Shown: piece after piece, positions 59,777-64,000 of the stretch
Layout of the letters: each line of letters begins with the position of its first letter
Numbering within the stretch: the first letter of the stretch is position 1
NCBI GenBank assembly: GCA_963721455.1
Contig: CAVRJG010000039.1
Span: 64,001 to 128,000, forward strand
Origin: an uncultured Methanosarcinaceae archaeon
GTDB lineage: Archaea > Halobacteriota > Methanosarcinia > Methanosarcinales > Methanosarcinaceae
DNA: 64,000 nucleotides
Direction of reading: 5' to 3'
Position numbers and translations under genes: made by a program
The notes under the pieces: generated by a model
The model's input: the letters and a program-made list of their open reading frames with translations, nothing else
Databases searched by the model: none
Told to the model about the DNA's origin: nothing

Positions 59777-60606
59777 GTTTCTCCTATTCCAGTAAGACCC
59801 CTCTCGAAACTCCTGCTTTAAGAGACATCAACTTGCGGATAGAAAAAGGAGAATTCGTGGGGATACTGGGAGAAAAAGGTGCAGGAAAGTCAACTCTCAT
59901 AAAAATATTTAACGGACTTTTGAAGCCGGAAACCGGAACCGTGCGCGTTGACGGGCTCGACCCTTCCTCAAGAGAGGCAAAACGCAGGATAGGAATGGTT
60001 TTTCAACAGGCTGCAGACCAGCTCTTTTGCAGGACCATATATGAGGAAATAGCTTTCGGACCTCTAAACTTCGGGCATTCGGAAAAAGAAACAGAGGAAA
60101 GGGTTTATGAAGCGCTTGAAGCTGTTTCTCTTGACCGGGCCGTGCTTTCTCGGGACCCTTTCAGCCTTAGTGGAGGAGAAATGCAAAGGATCGCCCTTGC
60201 AAGCGCCCTTGCACTCAGGCCGGATTACCTGGTACTGGACGAACCCATAACAGGGCTTGATCCTGTTGGGAAAAAGGAAATCCTCGAGGCTCTTAAAAAA
60301 ATAAAAGACCGGGGAACTACGGTTATAACAGTAACCCATAACCTTAAAGGGTTTTTTCCGCTGCTTGAAAGAATCGTGCTCATCAGGGAAGGAAGGATAG
60401 CTTTCCAGGGCAGCAGGGAAAAATACCTTGAAACCGGCTGCTCACCTCTTCCGCCTATCGCATCCCTGATGAAGGAACTCAGAGCAAGAGGTATGCCCGT
60501 AAACCCTGCAGTATTCACGGTTGAAGATGCTCTTGAAGAGATATTGAGAGTGAAATCCGCAATTGAAAAAGAAAATTATGAGAACAGTCCGGGTAAGAGA
60601 ATATAA
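59752..60606 (+). CDS. ECF transporter ATPase (EcfA2)
   Basis: GEKGAGKS, PFSLSGGE, LDEPITGLD, VTH. Confidence 0.92.
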   Translation: MPIILENVSFSYSSKTPLETPALRDINLRIEKGEFVGILGEKGAGKSTLIKIFNGLLKPETGTVRVDGLDPSSREAKRRIGMVFQQAADQLFCRTIYEEIAFGPLNFGHSEKETEERVYEALEAVSLDRAVLSRDPFSLSGGEMQRIALASALALRPDYLVLDEPITGLDPVGKKEILEALKKIKDRGTTVITVTHNLKGFFPLLERIVLIREGRIAFQGSREKYLETGCSPLPPIASLMKELRARGMPVNPAVFTVEDALEEILRVKSAIEKENYENSPGKRI

Positions 60607-60744
60607 CCTGGTAAGAAACTGCTGTCCGAATACGAAATTGTTGAAGAGTAATGTGATCGACAAAGTGCTACATGTGTTTTAAACGGAAAGCACCGGAAAA
60701 AGAATTCCTGAAAAATACTTTAAAAAGGACAAACACGAGAAAAC

Positions 60745-61518
60745 ATGCAGGAGCCTTTCTTCAGTTATGTGCCTGGGACTTCCCTTCTCCACAGGCTTGA
60801 CCCCAGAACAAAAATTGCAGCAGTAATGCTACTTGGAATTCTGGCGTTCAGGATTGAGAATTTTGCAGGAATAGGGGCTCTTTTCGTGCTTTTCTCTGCC
60901 CTCGCTTCGCTTTCAGGGTTGCCAATGAAGATATTTTTAAGGGCAGTCAGGCCTATGGCGCTGTTTATGATTTTCATATTTCTTGCGCAGCTATTCTTCA
61001 CCGATGGAAGAGCTTTTGCTTCATTTGGGGTTCTGCAGCCGAGCCTGGAAGGGCTGGAAAAGGGGCTCAGGCTTGTTGCCCGATTTATACTTCTTCTGCT
61101 TTTTGCAGCCCTTCTGACAGCCAGTACAGATCCGTCTGCAATCACCTGCGGTATAGAAAGAATGCTCAGACCTCTACCTCTGCGCTGGCTGGGAATCAGC
61201 TCCTTTGAGCTTGCTACAATGATGAATATCTCTATAGCGTTTCTCCCCCTTCTTTTCGAGAGAGTGGAGCGGACAAAAGCGGCACAGGCTGCAAGGGGAA
61301 TGGATTTTGTAAAGAATCCTTTCCATTCGGTTCCTGCCCTTGCCATTCCCCTGCTGAGAGGCGTAATCAGGGACGCGGAAGAACTGGCCCTCGCGATGGA
61401 GAGCAGGGGTTATCAGGGAATGCGCAGAACCTCAATGCATGAGCTTTCCATGCAGAAAAGAGACTGGAAAGCCCTTTTTATCCTTGTACTTATTGCCGTC
61501 CTGATCCTGAGCCTCTGA
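60745..61518 (+). CDS. ECF transporter transmembrane component EcfT
   Basis: LHRLDPRTK, AQAARG and AMESRGY motifs. Confidence 0.92.
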   Translation: MQEPFFSYVPGTSLLHRLDPRTKIAAVMLLGILAFRIENFAGIGALFVLFSALASLSGLPMKIFLRAVRPMALFMIFIFLAQLFFTDGRAFASFGVLQPSLEGLEKGLRLVARFILLLLFAALLTASTDPSAITCGIERMLRPLPLRWLGISSFELATMMNISIAFLPLLFERVERTKAAQAARGMDFVKNPFHSVPALAIPLLRGVIRDAEELALAMESRGYQGMRRTSMHELSMQKRDWKALFILVLIAVLILSL

Positions 61519-61597
61519 AAACAGGTAATGAAAAGGTTTTAAGAAAAATAACGACTTTTACAGTCTCTCCAATTGTCGCAGTCATCAAAAAGACATT

Positions 61598-61623
61598 AAT
61601 ATATGAACAGTTGTTCATATATT
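61598..61623. promoter_or_regulatory. SmtB/ArsR 12-2-12 operator
   Basis: Perfect inverted repeat AATATATGAACA-GT-TGTTCATATATT ending 1 bp before the ArsR ATG. Confidence 0.85.
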
Positions 61624-61624
61624 C

Positions 61625-61972
61625 ATGCAAGATAAATGTGAAAGAGTGAACGCAAAGCAGATAGGAAACCTGCTGCAAAAGGTTCCCGATGCAGAAAGTA
61701 TCACGCGGATGGCTGCGGTTTTTCAGGCGCTCCAGTCCGATACTCGCCTGAAGATCCTTTTTTTGCTAAGGCAAAAAGAGATGTGTGTTTGCGAACTCGA
61801 GCAGGCCCTCGATGTCACTCAGTCCGCAGTCTCGCATGGCCTCCGCACCCTCAGGCAGCTTGACCTCGTGCGGGTCAGGAGGGAAGGAAAATTCACGGTT
61901 TATTACATCGCAGACGAGCATATCCGCACACTGATTGAGATGTGCCGCGAACATGTGGAGGAAAAAACATGA
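61625..61972 (+). CDS. ArsR/SmtB family metal-sensing repressor
   Basis: TRLKIL, EMCVCEL, QSAVSH.LR.LR, Y.IADEHI..EHVEE (alpha5-type D-x-H..H-x-x-E site). Confidence 0.92.
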   Translation: MQDKCERVNAKQIGNLLQKVPDAESITRMAAVFQALQSDTRLKILFLLRQKEMCVCELEQALDVTQSAVSHGLRTLRQLDLVRVRREGKFTVYYIADEHIRTLIEMCREHVEEKT

Positions 61973-63339
61973 GCTTTGAACTCCTGAGTGCCATTCTGAC
62001 CCTTTTCTCAGGCATCCTCCTCGCATCCTGGGAAATCTTTGTAGAGGCGGCTCCCTATCTTATTTTCGGCCTGGGGATTGCAGGCCTTCTCAATGCCCTG
62101 GTTCCTGATCAGAAAATCGTGGATTACCTTGGAGCATCGGCAGGAAGAGTCCGTTCTGTTGTCAATGCTGCTCTGGTAGGGCTTCCCCTGCCACTGTGCT
62201 CCTGCGGAGTGATACCTGCCGCTATGTCGATAAGAAAAAGGGGAGCAAATAGAGGCGCAACTATTTCTTTCCTTATCTCGACTCCCGAGACAGGAGTGGA
62301 CTCGATAGCAATTACCTATGCTCTCCTTGACCCTCTGATGACAGTCTTCCGACCGCTTGCTGCCTTTATGACTGCCATCCTTGCAGGGCTTGCGGACAAC
62401 TTTTTGATAGGGGAAGAGCCTGAAAAAAAGCACCTGAAAAAACCGGAAAACTCCGGGAAAAAAGCAGGAGTTCTCGCAGTCTCAACTTTGGCTGGAGCTT
62501 CCATACAGGGAAACTCGTGCAACCTTCCTGCCTGCAGCTGCAACAGGCCTGTGGACTCAGGCGATGAAAAAGCTGAAGACACTGTAGTAAAAGCCATAGA
62601 AGTAAAAACTGCAGGAGCAAGGCCTCTGGAAATCAGCTATAAATCTGTTGAAGGTATCCGGAATCTTGCCCTGTCCAGTCCATCCCTCCCAAAAAATGCT
62701 TCATCATGCGGCTGCGGAAGCTGTGGGTGTGGAGAAAAAGAATCCGGAACAGGCGGAAAAAATAAAGAGTCCGTAAAAGACCAGTTCGTCAAAGGGATAA
62801 AGTATGCGTATATTGAGCTGCCAGGAGAGATTTCAAAATGGATGCTGGTCGGAATCCTGTTTGCTGGAGTTATTTCTTACGCAATCCCCGAAGACCTTAT
62901 CCAGAATTACCTGGGAGGCGGCCTTGGGTCAATGCTGATCATGCTTTTAGTGGGAATCCCCCTTTACATCTGCGCTACAGCTTCTACCCCTCTTGCCGCA
63001 AGTCTCGTAGCCAAGGGAATGAGTCCGGGCACAGCCCTTGTTTTTCTCCTGGCAGGTCCGGCAACCAATGCAGCAACTATAACGATGGTTGCCCGCTTCC
63101 TGGGAAAACGTTCGGCAGCCCTTTATCTGGGAGTGATTTCACTCTGTGCCCTCGGGGCAGGAATCCTGCTGGACTGGTTTTACTTGAAACTCGGGGTCAG
63201 CGCAACTGCAACCGTGGGAACTGCAAAAGAATTACTTCCCGAAGACCTGAAGGTATTTTTTGCGGTTTTACTGCTTCCTCTTATGTTATACGGAACTTTC
63301 CGCAGGGAAAAAGGGTGTAGTTGCTCCGATTGTCACTAA
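61969..63339 (+). CDS. DUF318/SO_0444-type permease with a Cys-rich cytoplasmic loop (probable heavy-metal efflux)
   Basis: PLPLCSCGVIP, STPETGVDS, PLYICATASTP, AGPATN; CGCGSCGC loop and CSCSDCH tail; ATGA overlap with arsR. Confidence 0.88.
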   Translation: MSFELLSAILTLFSGILLASWEIFVEAAPYLIFGLGIAGLLNALVPDQKIVDYLGASAGRVRSVVNAALVGLPLPLCSCGVIPAAMSIRKRGANRGATISFLISTPETGVDSIAITYALLDPLMTVFRPLAAFMTAILAGLADNFLIGEEPEKKHLKKPENSGKKAGVLAVSTLAGASIQGNSCNLPACSCNRPVDSGDEKAEDTVVKAIEVKTAGARPLEISYKSVEGIRNLALSSPSLPKNASSCGCGSCGCGEKESGTGGKNKESVKDQFVKGIKYAYIELPGEISKWMLVGILFAGVISYAIPEDLIQNYLGGGLGSMLIMLLVGIPLYICATASTPLAASLVAKGMSPGTALVFLLAGPATNAATITMVARFLGKRSAALYLGVISLCALGAGILLDWFYLKLGVSATATVGTAKELLPEDLKVFFAVLLLPLMLYGTFRREKGCSCSDCH

Positions 63340-63420
63340 AATAAAAGGATAGATGAGAATAATAAGGAAGATAAGAAAAGTACCAGAATAATATAAATCC
63401 TCAAAAATAGAATATCCAAT

Positions 63421-64000
63421 ATGCAGGAAAATCCAGAATCTCAAGAAAAAAAGGTAACTAAAGGAAACTTTATTGAAGTGCCGGGGGTACCTAAAGCCGA
63501 ATCTAAAGAGGAAACAGGTGCGAGCCCTGAGGGAAAAACCGAAGAGGAAGTCAGTGGAAGTACTACATCTCTGGAAAGAGAGGAGCCGAAAGGAAGCGAA
63601 TTTAAGGCTCCAGGAGAACTAGAAACTGGCTATACAGAGGAGTCGTGGGCAAAGCCTCAGAGAGACATGGAAGAAAAAGAAGCCATAGAAAGCCCCTCAC
63701 TCGAAGAGAGAAAAGTCCCTGAAGGAAGCGAATTCAAGGCTCCGGGAGAACTTGAAACTGGCTATACCGAGGAATCATGGGCAAAGCCTCAGAGAGATAT
63801 GGAAGAAAAATCCACTGTAAAACCCGGGGAGAAAAGAGAAGAGAAAACCAGAGAAGAAGCCGGGGAGAAAAGAGAAGAGAAAACCAGAGAAGAAGCCGAG
63901 GAAGAAAAACGCACCACCTACACCATGAAGAAGCGCCTGACTAAAAGCAAGAAAGAACGTATGCTCTTTGGAGTCTGCGGCGGGTTAGGAGAGTACTTTG
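63421..64000 (+). CDS. PspC-domain protein with a long acidic repeat N-terminus, partial at window edge (not in ORF track)
   Basis: Open frame from ATG 63421 to the end; finishes KRLTKSKKERMLFGVCGGLGEYF, the PspC signature. Confidence 0.85.
   Translation, partial: MQENPESQEKKVTKGNFIEVPGVPKAESKEETGASPEGKTEEEVSGSTTSLEREEPKGSEFKAPGELETGYTEESWAKPQRDMEEKEAIESPSLEERKVPEGSEFKAPGELETGYTEESWAKPQRDMEEKSTVKPGEKREEKTREEAGEKREEKTREEAEEEKRTTYTMKKRLTKSKKERMLFGVCGGLGEYF

Overview
The window is chromosomal DNA from a methanogenic archaeon. Gene content and order point strongly to Methanosarcina: hdrC/hdrB, F420 enzymes, a cbi operon, pan-ftsZ-secE-spt5-rpl11-rpl1-rpl10-rpl12, tbp, smc-scpA-scpB, feoB, and a bioY-ECF transporter. 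It is mostly core genome, with about 50 intact CDS, one tRNA-Arg(CCT) and five decayed genes that the ORF track misses or splits (DUF169, DUF134, TetR, a duplicate of a secreted protein, and a HEAT-repeat protein). Several operator-like palindromes are readable by eye (BirA-, DtxR-, SmtB/ArsR- and TetR-type). No CRISPR array, rRNA, intact transposase or prophage was seen. The most notable observations are: a Re-citrate-synthase-like gene facing an isocitrate-dehydrogenase-like gene; a cbiG N-terminal gene that appears to need a non-canonical ATA start; three TATA-box copies at exact 32-bp spacing in front of the tbp gene; an uncharacterised coiled-coil gene heading the smc operon together with an elongated ScpB; a ThiC paralog that may be the 5-hydroxybenzimidazole synthase; a small secreted protein ending in a poly-Ile hairpin, divergent from a secreted M3B peptidase; and a 29-aa repeat with only synonymous differences in a PspC protein. 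All family assignments come from motif recognition, with no database searches.
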